From contig JAKAYF010000001.1 in assembly GCA_021816465.1 (NCBI GenBank), positions 14,341 through 78,340 of the forward strand: a stretch of 64,000 bases of DNA. Direction: 5' to 3'. Under the pieces are notes generated by a model. It was not told where the DNA came from, ran no database searches, and worked only from the letters and a program-made list of their open reading frames with translations. The stretch's first letter is position 1, and each line of letters opens with the position of its first letter. The DNA comes from Nitrospirota bacterium (GTDB lineage: Bacteria > Nitrospirota > Leptospirillia > Leptospirillales > Leptospirillaceae). This document shows positions 10,993-20,471 of this stretch, piece by piece. A program made the position numbers and the translations under genes.

Positions 10993-11754
10993 ATGAATAT
11001 CGGCAATGACCTTTCGATAGAGAACCTGACGAAATCCTTTGGCCGCCAGAAGGTCCTGAAAGGAATCTCCTTCAAGGTCCCGGAAGGCGAGACTGTTGTC
11101 GTGATCGGAGGGTCGGGGCAGGGAAAGTCGGTTCTCCTGAAACATATCATGCGGCTTCTTGTTTCTGATTCTGGAGATATCCTTGTCGGTGGACAGCCGA
11201 TCATGAATCTATCCAGTTCTGATATGGACCAGGTTCGCATGAGAATGGGGATGGTCTTTCAGGAAGCAGCCTTGTTCGACTCCATGTCTCTCCGTGAAAA
11301 TGTTGCTTTTCCTCTTCGGATGCATTCTGGTCTCCGGGAGAAGGAGATCATCAGGATTGCGGAAGAAACGCTGGAACGGGTTGGGCTCAAAGGTGTCGGA
11401 GAGAAAATGCCGTCGGAGGTTTCCGGCGGGATGAAGAAGAGGGTTGGGATTGCCAGGGCGATTGCGATGAAGCCCGGGATTCTTCTCTACGATGAGCCGA
11501 CGACCGGTCTTGATCCGGTCCTTTCCTCCGCGATCGATGAACTGATTTTGAAAATGCGATCGGATCTCGGAGTAACGAGCCTTGTGATCAGCCATGATAT
11601 GAAAAGCACTTTCCGGATCGCGGACAAAATTATCTTTCTTTATCAGGGAGTGATTCAGGCTTCCGGGACGCCCGAAGAAATCCAGGCATCCGAAGACCCT
11701 GTCGTTCGCCAGTTTATTTCTGGTGATACGGCAGGTCCCATCAGTGTTATTTGA
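10993..11754 (+). CDS. mlaF: MlaF family ABC ATPase
   Basis: GGSGQGKS, SGGMKKRV, LYDEPTTGLDP. Confidence 0.94.
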   Translation: MNIGNDLSIENLTKSFGRQKVLKGISFKVPEGETVVVIGGSGQGKSVLLKHIMRLLVSDSGDILVGGQPIMNLSSSDMDQVRMRMGMVFQEAALFDSMSLRENVAFPLRMHSGLREKEIIRIAEETLERVGLKGVGEKMPSEVSGGMKKRVGIARAIAMKPGILLYDEPTTGLDPVLSSAIDELILKMRSDLGVTSLVISHDMKSTFRIADKIIFLYQGVIQASGTPEEIQASEDPVVRQFISGDTAGPISVI

Positions 11755-11834
11755 CTGCTGGGACAAATATCCCCTCATTTTTGATTGAAGGCGAGGACCA
11801 GAATGAACAAAAAGAGAAAGAAATCGGAACGGAT

Positions 11835-13391
11835 ATGAACTGGACCTCGGAAGCAAAACTTGGAATTTTTGTGGTATTGGCGATTATCGCGGCCGTTCTC
11901 CTGTCGGTTCGATTCGGGCATTGGCATCTCAATGAAAAAGGGAGTTATCTCCTTTATGCCGACTTCAAGACGGTAGACGGATTGGAGAAAGGGGCGGCGG
12001 TCCGGGTCGCAGGGGTCAAGGTTGGGGAAGTGACGAATATAACGCTGGGTCAGAGCGGAAAAGCGCACGTCGAAATGACGATATTTCCGGGGATCAGTAT
12101 TCCTTCTGATGTTCATCCCCTGATCTATTCAAACGGTTTTCTCGGTAAGGTCTACATTGAGCTGATGCCGGGGCCATCGGGAAAGCCCTTTATAAAAAGC
12201 GGGATTTTAGAAAATCATACAGATTTTTCTCTCTCCGGGCTTTTGTCGATTAAAAAGGCATGGGCCGACCCGCCTCCTTCGTCCTCACCACCCTCTCCTC
12301 CTGCACCATCGAATCAGCCGAGTTCTCCGGATGCGACATTGTCAGGGATTGAAAACTCGGGATATCTTGCCCCGAAGTCGACGATTCAGACCCCGGGAGA
12401 GACGGTCAGCGTGAACAAGCTGGTCGCAAGGCTTCAGAAGATTTCGGCTGATATCAAGGCCATCACCGCTTCTCTCCGTCTGGCAATCGCCTCGGATAAA
12501 GGGAAAATCGAGTTGCAGGATACGCTAAAACATCTTGCCCGGCTCACGAAAAACCTCGATGATTTCACGAAAAACCTCAAGGATAAATCTCCCAAGATCC
12601 TGAACCGGATCAATTCCATCTCAAAGAAAATCGATAGCGGAGTTGGAACGGTAGGAAAGCTGGTCAACGATCGGGCTCTTTACGACAAGGCCAACAAGGC
12701 GGCTTCACATCTGGACAGCATCCTTGAGAAGATTGACGATGGGCAGGGTACGATCGGAAAACTGGTCAATGACCCTGAGCTCTATGACAACTTGAATAAA
12801 ACGCTGAAAACCTTGAGCAAGGAGGCCAAGAAGGCTGATCGGATGCGTCTCAATATATGGATGAGAGATCTCACTGCAACCCGGGGCGGAACATCGACGG
12901 GCATTCTTGATCTTGACCTTTATCCGCGTTCAGACAAGTTTTACCGCTTTCAGATTGTGGACTCAACGAACCCTACCTATCAGCAGGGTTCGTCTGTGAC
13001 ACAAAACCCGAATGGAACCTATACGACCGGTCCACCGTCGATCAGTGCCAACAATTCCGGCTTGCGATTCAGTCTTGAGTTTGGACAACGGTTCGATGGG
13101 TTCGATATCAGGGCGGGGCTTGTGGAAAACAGTTTTGGTCTGGGAACGGATGTCTATCTGTTGCCTAACCTGACCTTTACCATGACGATGTATAATATCG
13201 GTGCGTTCAATCCGGTAGCGCCCAATCCGTTTGTAAGGGCGTTTTTCACTTATACCCTTCTCAACCACATCTGGTTGAATGCCGGCTGGTACAATCCCCT
13301 GAACGCAAATGAGTCATCGCCGATGGTGGGTGGAGGATTAATATTCTCCGATAATACGTTAAAATATCTAATTGCAGGTCATGCTCCCTGA
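11835..13391 (+). CDS. MCE/MlaD-family protein with helical repeats and beta-rich C-terminal domain
   Basis: N-terminal TM helix, GLEKGAAVRVAGVKVGEV, repeated GT(V/I)GKLVND. Confidence 0.88.
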   Translation: MNWTSEAKLGIFVVLAIIAAVLLSVRFGHWHLNEKGSYLLYADFKTVDGLEKGAAVRVAGVKVGEVTNITLGQSGKAHVEMTIFPGISIPSDVHPLIYSNGFLGKVYIELMPGPSGKPFIKSGILENHTDFSLSGLLSIKKAWADPPPSSSPPSPPAPSNQPSSPDATLSGIENSGYLAPKSTIQTPGETVSVNKLVARLQKISADIKAITASLRLAIASDKGKIELQDTLKHLARLTKNLDDFTKNLKDKSPKILNRINSISKKIDSGVGTVGKLVNDRALYDKANKAASHLDSILEKIDDGQGTIGKLVNDPELYDNLNKTLKTLSKEAKKADRMRLNIWMRDLTATRGGTSTGILDLDLYPRSDKFYRFQIVDSTNPTYQQGSSVTQNPNGTYTTGPPSISANNSGLRFSLEFGQRFDGFDIRAGLVENSFGLGTDVYLLPNLTFTMTMYNIGAFNPVAPNPFVRAFFTYTLLNHIWLNAGWYNPLNANESSPMVGGGLIFSDNTLKYLIAGHAP

Positions 13392-13568
13392 TAAAGGATA
13401 AAAGTGGAGGGATGGCTGCTTGCTTTGTGCTTGAATCATTGACCATCAGGGTGTGGATGATCTATAGTTTCCGAACGGAGTGACCTTAAAAAAACAATCA
13501 GATATTAAACTCAAAATACCAAGATAAGCTGCGCTTACTCCAGGCTTCGGGCTTTGAAGGAGGCATGG

Positions 13569-15143
13569 ATGTCGGGTGGTTTGACCCCTGATGAGCAACA
13601 GACAATTGAAATGACCGGGGCGGTTGGTTATTACGAAAATCGCCAGGAAGCTGAAAAAAAGGAAAATGCAGGAAAGCCGTCGTCCACCCCTGAGAAGAAT
13701 CAGGGCTGGACGTTCCGAGGGAGCAAGCTTCTTGCTGTTCTTTCCTCCCTTCGCCTTGCGATTTCCCTGTTCCTGATACTGGCTTTTTTGACCATATTCG
13801 GGACGTTTATTGAACAGGGAAGGGATGCCCCTTTTTATATAGCGGGGTATGGCGAAAAGTGGGGCGGCTGGATCGTTCGCCTGAAAATTGATGATATCTA
13901 TCACAGCTGGTACTACGTCAGCCTTCTGACGATTCTTTGTATCAATGCTGTTTCCTGTGTTTACAATCGTTTCCCAATCACATTGCGTTCGATGTTTCAT
14001 GAAAAAGTCAATGTGAGTCGTGAATTTCTTAAAAAACAGCGTGAATTTGCTGATGTGGCGATCCCTTCGGCTCGATTTCCTGAAGGTCCGGGGCCTTACC
14101 TGAAAAAGGTCCTGTCCGGGAAAAGGTACAAGGTGACCGAAGTCAAGGATGGCAACGATATTGTTGTCTTCGGCCACAAGGGCGTTATGGGGAGGATCGG
14201 TTCCCACGTCGCACATATGTCTGTCATCCTGATCCTCGCCGGTGGACTTATCGGAAGTCTTCTCGGATTCAGGCTGTTCGGTACTTTTTATGTGCACTCC
14301 ACAACTTTTGTGCCCCAGGGAAACTTCAGCCTCCGGGTCAACAAGTTCTGGATCGATCACTATCCGAACGGGATGGTGAAGGGCTTTTTCAGTGACGTTG
14401 ATGTGTTGAAGTCAGGCAAGGTGATCGATCACAAGGTCATCAGCGTGAATCATCCGCTGGAGACCAATGGGTTGAGATTTTACCAGGCCAGCTATGGAGA
14501 GGCGTGGGACAGGGTTGACAAGGCCAGGATCCTGATCGTCAACAAGGAGAAGAAACAGTTCCTCGGTCAGGTTATGCTCAAGGGCGGGGCGCTTTCCCCA
14601 GCTCCGGGAACGGATCTGAACATCAAGATCCTCCGTTACGTTGCAGATTTTGCCTTTGATCCAAAAACAAATTCCGTCTACAGCAAATCGGAAAAGTCAG
14701 ACAATCCGGCCATTCAGCTGGGCATCTATGAAAATGGAAAGCAGATCGGTTCTCCCTGGCTGTTCTACAACTTCCCCCAGATCCAGGTTATGAAGTCCCT
14801 GCCATACTTTTTTATCCTTGGCGGTTATGAGGCCCCCATGTATACGGGCCTTGAAGTGGCCAAGGACCCGGGAGTTCATGTGATACTGGCCGGCTCCTTT
14901 CTTCTGGTCGGCGGACTGTTCCTATCCTCTTTCGTTTATCACCGGAAGCTGTGGGTAAGGGCAAGGGAAAGCTCAGGGGTATGGCAACTGTCCGTTGGCG
15001 GATTTGGCCATAAGGACAAGCTGGGATTTGAAAAGGAATTTAATGAAATTGTCCAGGAAATTGAGTCTGGGCAAGGCTCCGGGACCCCACTTGAAACGAT
15101 GTTGTCGGGACCGGGTACGAGAAAGCTGGCGGGAGAGACTTGA
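13569..15143 (+). CDS. resB: Cytochrome c biogenesis protein ResB/CcsB (System II)
   Basis: LSSLRLAI, IYHSWY, conserved His (HVAH), VNHPL, KDPG. Confidence 0.9.
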   Translation: MSGGLTPDEQQTIEMTGAVGYYENRQEAEKKENAGKPSSTPEKNQGWTFRGSKLLAVLSSLRLAISLFLILAFLTIFGTFIEQGRDAPFYIAGYGEKWGGWIVRLKIDDIYHSWYYVSLLTILCINAVSCVYNRFPITLRSMFHEKVNVSREFLKKQREFADVAIPSARFPEGPGPYLKKVLSGKRYKVTEVKDGNDIVVFGHKGVMGRIGSHVAHMSVILILAGGLIGSLLGFRLFGTFYVHSTTFVPQGNFSLRVNKFWIDHYPNGMVKGFFSDVDVLKSGKVIDHKVISVNHPLETNGLRFYQASYGEAWDRVDKARILIVNKEKKQFLGQVMLKGGALSPAPGTDLNIKILRYVADFAFDPKTNSVYSKSEKSDNPAIQLGIYENGKQIGSPWLFYNFPQIQVMKSLPYFFILGGYEAPMYTGLEVAKDPGVHVILAGSFLLVGGLFLSSFVYHRKLWVRARESSGVWQLSVGGFGHKDKLGFEKEFNEIVQEIESGQGSGTPLETMLSGPGTRKLAGET

Positions 15144-15255
15144 GTTTCTGTTTCTAAATTGAGACGAATGAACAAACGGGAGCTGCTTTCTTTTTCCCAG
15201 ATCGATATCGGTTGGGGGTGTTGAGCCTCCTACCCTGAACAGGAGGGTTTATTTC

Positions 15256-16107
15256 ATGACATTGATCAATTCTGTCGGATCATCTTTTCTCCTCTACAAT
15301 ACGGTGATCGGGCTTTATCTTCTCGCTACGGTTCTTTATTTTCTCTTTTTGATTTCCCACAAAAAGGAAATGGGGCAAATCGCCTCGACGGTGACCTTTT
15401 CGGGATGGGTTGTCAACACAGCCGCCCTGGTGGGACGGGGTGTTGCCGATCACCATGCTCCCTGGTCCAATTTGTATGAGACACTTTTCCTCTTTTCCTG
15501 GGCTTCGATCCTCGGGTATATGGTGATGGAGTTTAAATACAAGGTCAGGGTGGCCGGTGCATTTGTCCTGACGCTTGTCATGTTTGCTGTCGGCGCTGCC
15601 AAGATGCTCCCTTACCGTTACCAGATGGTGGAGCCGCTGAATCCTGCCCTGAATTCCTACTGGCTTAAAATTCATGTGTTTACAATGTTCATGTCATATG
15701 CGGCATTCGGAATCTCGGCATCCCTTGCGATGATCTATTTGCTCAAACTTCGCGCCGAACAAAAAGGGACGACCGGGTGGATTCTCAGGGAGTTTCCGGC
15801 GACAGATGTTCTTGACGACCTGACCTATAAAGCGGTCATGGTTGGATTTCCACTTTTGACCCTGGGCGTGATTTTCGGTGGTATGTGGGCGTACGAAGCA
15901 TGGGGAGGATACTGGTCCTGGGATCCAAAAGAGACCTGGTCGCTGATCACCTGGTTCGTTTACGCAGCTTATCTCCATGCAAGAATGACCAGAGGTCTGA
16001 GAGGAAAGGGAAGCGCCTGGTTTTCGATCCTCGGCTTTGCTTCTGTTGTATTTCTGTACTGGGGTGTGAGCTTTATTATTCCCGGTCTTCACGCATATGC
16101 TGCCTAG
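15256..16107 (+). CDS. ccsA: Cytochrome c biogenesis protein CcsA/ResC
   Basis: WAYEAWGGYWSWDPKE (WWD domain), WLKIH, GLHAY. Confidence 0.96.
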   Translation: MTLINSVGSSFLLYNTVIGLYLLATVLYFLFLISHKKEMGQIASTVTFSGWVVNTAALVGRGVADHHAPWSNLYETLFLFSWASILGYMVMEFKYKVRVAGAFVLTLVMFAVGAAKMLPYRYQMVEPLNPALNSYWLKIHVFTMFMSYAAFGISASLAMIYLLKLRAEQKGTTGWILREFPATDVLDDLTYKAVMVGFPLLTLGVIFGGMWAYEAWGGYWSWDPKETWSLITWFVYAAYLHARMTRGLRGKGSAWFSILGFASVVFLYWGVSFIIPGLHAYAA

Positions 16108-16119
16108 CGAGGAAATGAG

Positions 16120-16734
16120 TTGGAGACTTTAAAAAAATATTGGCCTCAGGCAACTGCCGTTTTCCTGATCCTGCTGGTTTTGGGGTACTATGGAACCACA
16201 TATCGTTTTGCCCCGTTGAAGGTCGGGATGGTGGCTCCGGATTTCGATCTCGAATCGGCAGATGGAAAGAGAATCAAGCTGTCGGACTACCGTGGCAAGG
16301 TTGTGATGCTGAATTTCTGGGCGACCTGGTGTAAGCCATGTAAACAGGAAATGCCTTCAATGGAAATTATGTATGAGGGGATGAAAGAGCAGGCCGGCTC
16401 CCATTTTGAACTCTTGGCGGTCAATGAGAATAATGTGTTTTATAAAAATCAGGTTGCTCCTTTCCTGGAAAAGCACAACATTCATTTTCCCGTGCCGCTT
16501 GATCCCCTTAATACCCTTGACCATCGCTACAAGATTACCGGTGTGCCGGAAACTTTTGTGATCGATCAAAATGGTGTTGTTGCAGAACATGTTGTCGGTC
16601 CCCGGAACTGGGTGGTGAAAAAGAACCTGGATTCGATGTTGACGTTGTTGGACAAAGGCCCCCAAAAGCCTGAAGAGTATATTGCCCGAAAGGCGGCTCA
16701 GCATCCTCCAATGGCCAAAAGTGGTGGCTACTAA
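16120..16734 (+). CDS. ResA/TlpA thiol-disulfide oxidoreductase
   Basis: NFWATWCKPCKQEMP; N-terminal membrane anchor. Confidence 0.92.
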   Translation: METLKKYWPQATAVFLILLVLGYYGTTYRFAPLKVGMVAPDFDLESADGKRIKLSDYRGKVVMLNFWATWCKPCKQEMPSMEIMYEGMKEQAGSHFELLAVNENNVFYKNQVAPFLEKHNIHFPVPLDPLNTLDHRYKITGVPETFVIDQNGVVAEHVVGPRNWVVKKNLDSMLTLLDKGPQKPEEYIARKAAQHPPMAKSGGY

Positions 16735-17254
16735 AATCCTCCGTAGGGGAATTGTCACGTTTTTGACCGGGTGGCTGGTTTTTTTTTCGGCTGGCCCTGT
16801 TATGGCGACTCCGGATGGAAAGCTTGCACCTGATCTCAGTCTTCATGACATGAACGGCAAGGTTTGGACCCTTTCCTCCTTGAGAGGAAAATGGGTTTTG
16901 GTCAATTTCTGGGCCACATGGTGTGGCCCTTGCCGCAAGGAAATGCCAGATCTTGAACGATTCAGCCATTCTTCCATTGCGAACAGAATCACTGTTCTTG
17001 CGGTTTCAGAAAGCCTGGCTTCCCATAAAAAAATAGTTTCCTTTCTCAAAAAGTATAATATTACCTATACTGTTCTGAACGATCCTTTTGGGGAAGTGGC
17101 CGACTCCTATCATGTAAGAGGATTGCCGACCACTGCCCTCGTATCTCCAAATGGACACCTGATGTGGGTCATGGAAGGCGCCATTAACTTCACCTCTCCT
17201 GATTTTCAAAAAACATATCTTCCAAGAGAGTTTTTTTCCGGAGCTTCCCGATGA
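16721..17254 (+). CDS. Second ResA/TlpA thiol-disulfide oxidoreductase
   Basis: NFWATWCGPCRKEMP; signal-peptide-like N-terminus; start approximate. Confidence 0.9.
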   Translation: MVATKILRRGIVTFLTGWLVFFSAGPVMATPDGKLAPDLSLHDMNGKVWTLSSLRGKWVLVNFWATWCGPCRKEMPDLERFSHSSIANRITVLAVSESLASHKKIVSFLKKYNITYTVLNDPFGEVADSYHVRGLPTTALVSPNGHLMWVMEGAINFTSPDFQKTYLPREFFSGASR

Positions 17255-18000
17255 ATCATGAACCTCTCTCGATTACCCTGGCTTTTCTGGCGGGGATGGT
17301 TTCTTTTGTCTCTCCCTGTGTTCTTCCCATTGTTCCATCCTACATCTCTTTTATTACCGGCTTGTCCTTTGATCAGCTGACCGGAAAAAATGGAACAATC
17401 GAAAAAGCAGAAGTGACGAAAACAACTGTTGTGAATTCTCTCGCGTTCATCTTCGGATTCTCCACGTTATTTATCGGATTCGGGGCATCTGCCTCATTTA
17501 TCGGAGAGTTTCTTCTGACCTATCAGGAGGCTATTCGTCGAGTGGGTGGCCTGATCATCGTTATTTTCGGACTTTTTATTGCAGGAATTCTGAAGGTTCC
17601 TTTCCTGAACAGAGAATTTCGGCTTCCGGCCAGAAAACGGACGTCAACCCTTGCCGGAACGTTTTTAATCGGAGTGGGTTTTGCCGCCGGCTGGACTCCC
17701 TGTGTCGGACCAATTCTCGGGTCGATCCTGTTTTTTGCGGGAAGCGAAGGAAATGTGATGAAAGGGATTGAACTGCTGTCTTTTTATTCCCTTGGACTTG
17801 CCGTACCATTTTTTGTTTCTGCGGTGATGTTCAACTCGTTTTTGGGAAGATTTTCTCAAATTTCGAGATGGATCCCGACGATTACAAAAGTATCCGGGGG
17901 TGTTCTTGTTGTCATGGGATTGCTTGTTTTTGTGAATGCTTTTTCAATTTTGTCATCGTTTTTGACACAACATCACATCGGCTGGACTTCAAACCTTTGA
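17251..18000 (+). CDS. ccdA: Cytochrome c biogenesis protein CcdA
   Basis: SPCVLPIVP and WTPCVGP motifs. Confidence 0.94.
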   Translation: MNHEPLSITLAFLAGMVSFVSPCVLPIVPSYISFITGLSFDQLTGKNGTIEKAEVTKTTVVNSLAFIFGFSTLFIGFGASASFIGEFLLTYQEAIRRVGGLIIVIFGLFIAGILKVPFLNREFRLPARKRTSTLAGTFLIGVGFAAGWTPCVGPILGSILFFAGSEGNVMKGIELLSFYSLGLAVPFFVSAVMFNSFLGRFSQISRWIPTITKVSGGVLVVMGLLVFVNAFSILSSFLTQHHIGWTSNL

Positions 18001-18062
18001 TAGCCGAAGGTCCGTGAGGTATAGGCCTGTCTCTTTTTACCTGAAGGATATCGGAGGCTCTT

Positions 18063-19289
18063 TTGAGTTGTCGGGAATATGATGCGGTCGTTGTCGGTCT
18101 GGGGCCTGCAGGGTCGACAGCGGTTCGTCTTCTGGGAGAAAAGGGATTGCGGGTACTGGGAATTGACCGGGTTCAATTCCCTCGCTGGAAGCCCTGTGGT
18201 GGCGGGTTGTCTGCCCGGGCAATCCCTCTGCTCCCCTCCGGCTGGGAAAAGGTTCCCTATGTCCTGACGACAGGTGTTCAGGTAACCATGGGTGACAGTC
18301 TTTTCCAGAGCGTTGATATGGGGGTTCCCATCGCCTATCAGTTCCATCGGGATCAGCTCGACTATTTTTTATTTGAAAAGGCAAAGGGGGAGGGTGCTGA
18401 GATTGAGACCGGCTCCTCTCTGGAAGACTTGGCCTATGAGGAGGGGATCGGTTTCACCCTCTTGATCGACGGGGCGAATATCAAGACAAAGAGGCTCATT
18501 GCCGCCGATGGTATTACAAGTCAGGTCAAACGGCTTCTCTTCGGTTCTCCAAGGGAGTTCAGGAGAATCCCGAGAGGCAGCGGCAAGAACAGTAGCGGCC
18601 ATTCGGGGTGGCCATCATCCGAGCTTCTCGGGAAAGCGGCGGAACCGACGGATGACAGGTATGTATTGATCGATATCGGTTCGGTTCCCGGAGGCTATGC
18701 ATGGTCCTTTCCGAAGGATGGTCCGGGGAAAGCCCTTGGAGTGGCCGGCTTGTTGAACCCGTTGCCTTCTCCTGTGAGAACCTTGAGAGACTTCCTGAAG
18801 TCTTTTCGTGGAGAAAAAGAAGATCCTTCTGATGGTGAGGTGTCGACCTGGGTCATTCCTTCCTGGCAATCGGTCAAGGAGCATGGGACGATAGAAGGTC
18901 TCTTTCTTGTCGGGGATGCAGGCGGGATTGTGGATCCCTTTCTGGGAGAGGGCATCTATTATGCTATCTTGTCCGCTTCAAAGGCGGTACAGGCGATTGT
19001 CGCGGAAAATGATCCGGGAAAGGCAAGCGAAAGCTATTCAAATTGGGTCAGGCAGGACATGTTCCGAGATTTCGCTCAGGCGTCAAGGCTTTCTGCGGTG
19101 ATTTACCGCTTCCCCGCGATCTACTATCGCCTTATTTCAAGTTATCCGCAGCTTCTGACATTGTTTTCCCAGATCATGACGGGTCGCCATGATTATCGCT
19201 CTTTTTCGCGTGCAGCAGGAATCAAGCTGCTAAGACTGCCATTTAAAAAATTTATTCCATCCTTGCGTACGGGAAGACGTTTTTTTTAA
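18063..19289 (+). CDS. Geranylgeranyl reductase family FAD oxidoreductase
   Basis: GLGPAG, FPRWKPCGG, GYAWSFPK, VGDAGG.DPFLGEGIYYA. Confidence 0.88.
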   Translation: MSCREYDAVVVGLGPAGSTAVRLLGEKGLRVLGIDRVQFPRWKPCGGGLSARAIPLLPSGWEKVPYVLTTGVQVTMGDSLFQSVDMGVPIAYQFHRDQLDYFLFEKAKGEGAEIETGSSLEDLAYEEGIGFTLLIDGANIKTKRLIAADGITSQVKRLLFGSPREFRRIPRGSGKNSSGHSGWPSSELLGKAAEPTDDRYVLIDIGSVPGGYAWSFPKDGPGKALGVAGLLNPLPSPVRTLRDFLKSFRGEKEDPSDGEVSTWVIPSWQSVKEHGTIEGLFLVGDAGGIVDPFLGEGIYYAILSASKAVQAIVAENDPGKASESYSNWVRQDMFRDFAQASRLSAVIYRFPAIYYRLISSYPQLLTLFSQIMTGRHDYRSFSRAAGIKLLRLPFKKFIPSLRTGRRFF

Positions 19290-20471
19290 ATGATCCCGTC
19301 AAAAAACGCCAAGAACAGAAAAAATGCAGGGCACCGTTTTGATGAGTCCTGGCCTTTTCTCCTGATCTTCCTGTTTTATGCATCATCATTTGAGCTTTTT
19401 CCCAGGATCGCTCCGGATCACACGCTGTCGTTCTATCTTTTTTCGGGAATTTTTGTCTGCTTTCTCTTCCTCCTTTCTGTCCTGATCCACGAAGCCGGGC
19501 ATATTGTCGCATCAAAACTGACACGTTTTCCCTACGATGGTGAACTTTTTTCCGTCTGGGGAGGTCGCCCGAGAACAGTTGATGCCCTGCTGGCCACTGA
19601 CCCAAGGATCATGGTCGTGAGAATGGCTGGCCCCCTGGCGAATCTGGTTATTGGCGCCGGCTTCTATTTCTGGTTTCCTGATGGGGCGGGGGATCCTGTC
19701 AAGTGGGAACTTTGGCTTTTTTTTGCAAAGTCCAATCTGATTCTTGCTTTTATCAATATGCTTCCGGTGTTGCCCTTTGATATGGGAGCGCTTCTTTTGT
19801 CTGGTTTCGGATCGAAGAAAAAGGAGGATTATTCGGGTGAGGAAAGGGATTTCCGACGGGGAGTGATTTTTGGGTGGCTTCTGACCGTATCGGGAATCCT
19901 GTTGAGTGGGCGAGGAAGCTTTATTTCCGGATTTGCAATGGTTGTTCTGGGGATCTTGCTGATCAGGAGCTGTTTTTCCTGGCGGGAGCGACTGGGAATG
20001 GCAGCCTATCTTGAAGGTTTGGGCATTGATTGGGCCATGCGGGTCACGGTAAGACCTCTTGATGTGCACGATACCCTTGACCGGGCGCTGGAATCATTCC
20101 GTGGTCAGGGCGTTTCCTCCCTGCCGGTCATTGATGACCGGGGCATACTCATCGGAAAAATGGAATGGAAAGCGCTCAGGAAAAAACCTGTTGAGTCATG
20201 GCATCTTTATCCAGTAGCAGAATTGATGGTTCCGCTTGGAGGGGAAGAAGTTCTTTCGATCGACCAGCCTGGCATCAGCCAGAGGGTCTTTGATCTTTTC
20301 CATTCCAACCGGCCATTTGTCTGGGTGGTATCCTCAGGAAGGCTTCTTGGACAGCTTGTTTTGGAAAAACTGATTGAACGCTTTCGGGTAGAGAGGGCCT
20401 TTTCGGAGGATCTCGAAAATTTTCGGGAGAGAGTTGCTAAAACAGGTCGGGAGGATCCACCGACCAGTTGA
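19290..20471 (+). CDS. Site-2 (M50) metalloprotease with CBS domains
   Basis: HEAGH, AGPLAN, NMLPVLPFD; C-terminal LPVIDDRG CBS-like segment. Confidence 0.82.
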   Translation: MIPSKNAKNRKNAGHRFDESWPFLLIFLFYASSFELFPRIAPDHTLSFYLFSGIFVCFLFLLSVLIHEAGHIVASKLTRFPYDGELFSVWGGRPRTVDALLATDPRIMVVRMAGPLANLVIGAGFYFWFPDGAGDPVKWELWLFFAKSNLILAFINMLPVLPFDMGALLLSGFGSKKKEDYSGEERDFRRGVIFGWLLTVSGILLSGRGSFISGFAMVVLGILLIRSCFSWRERLGMAAYLEGLGIDWAMRVTVRPLDVHDTLDRALESFRGQGVSSLPVIDDRGILIGKMEWKALRKKPVESWHLYPVAELMVPLGGEEVLSIDQPGISQRVFDLFHSNRPFVWVVSSGRLLGQLVLEKLIERFRVERAFSEDLENFRERVAKTGREDPPTS

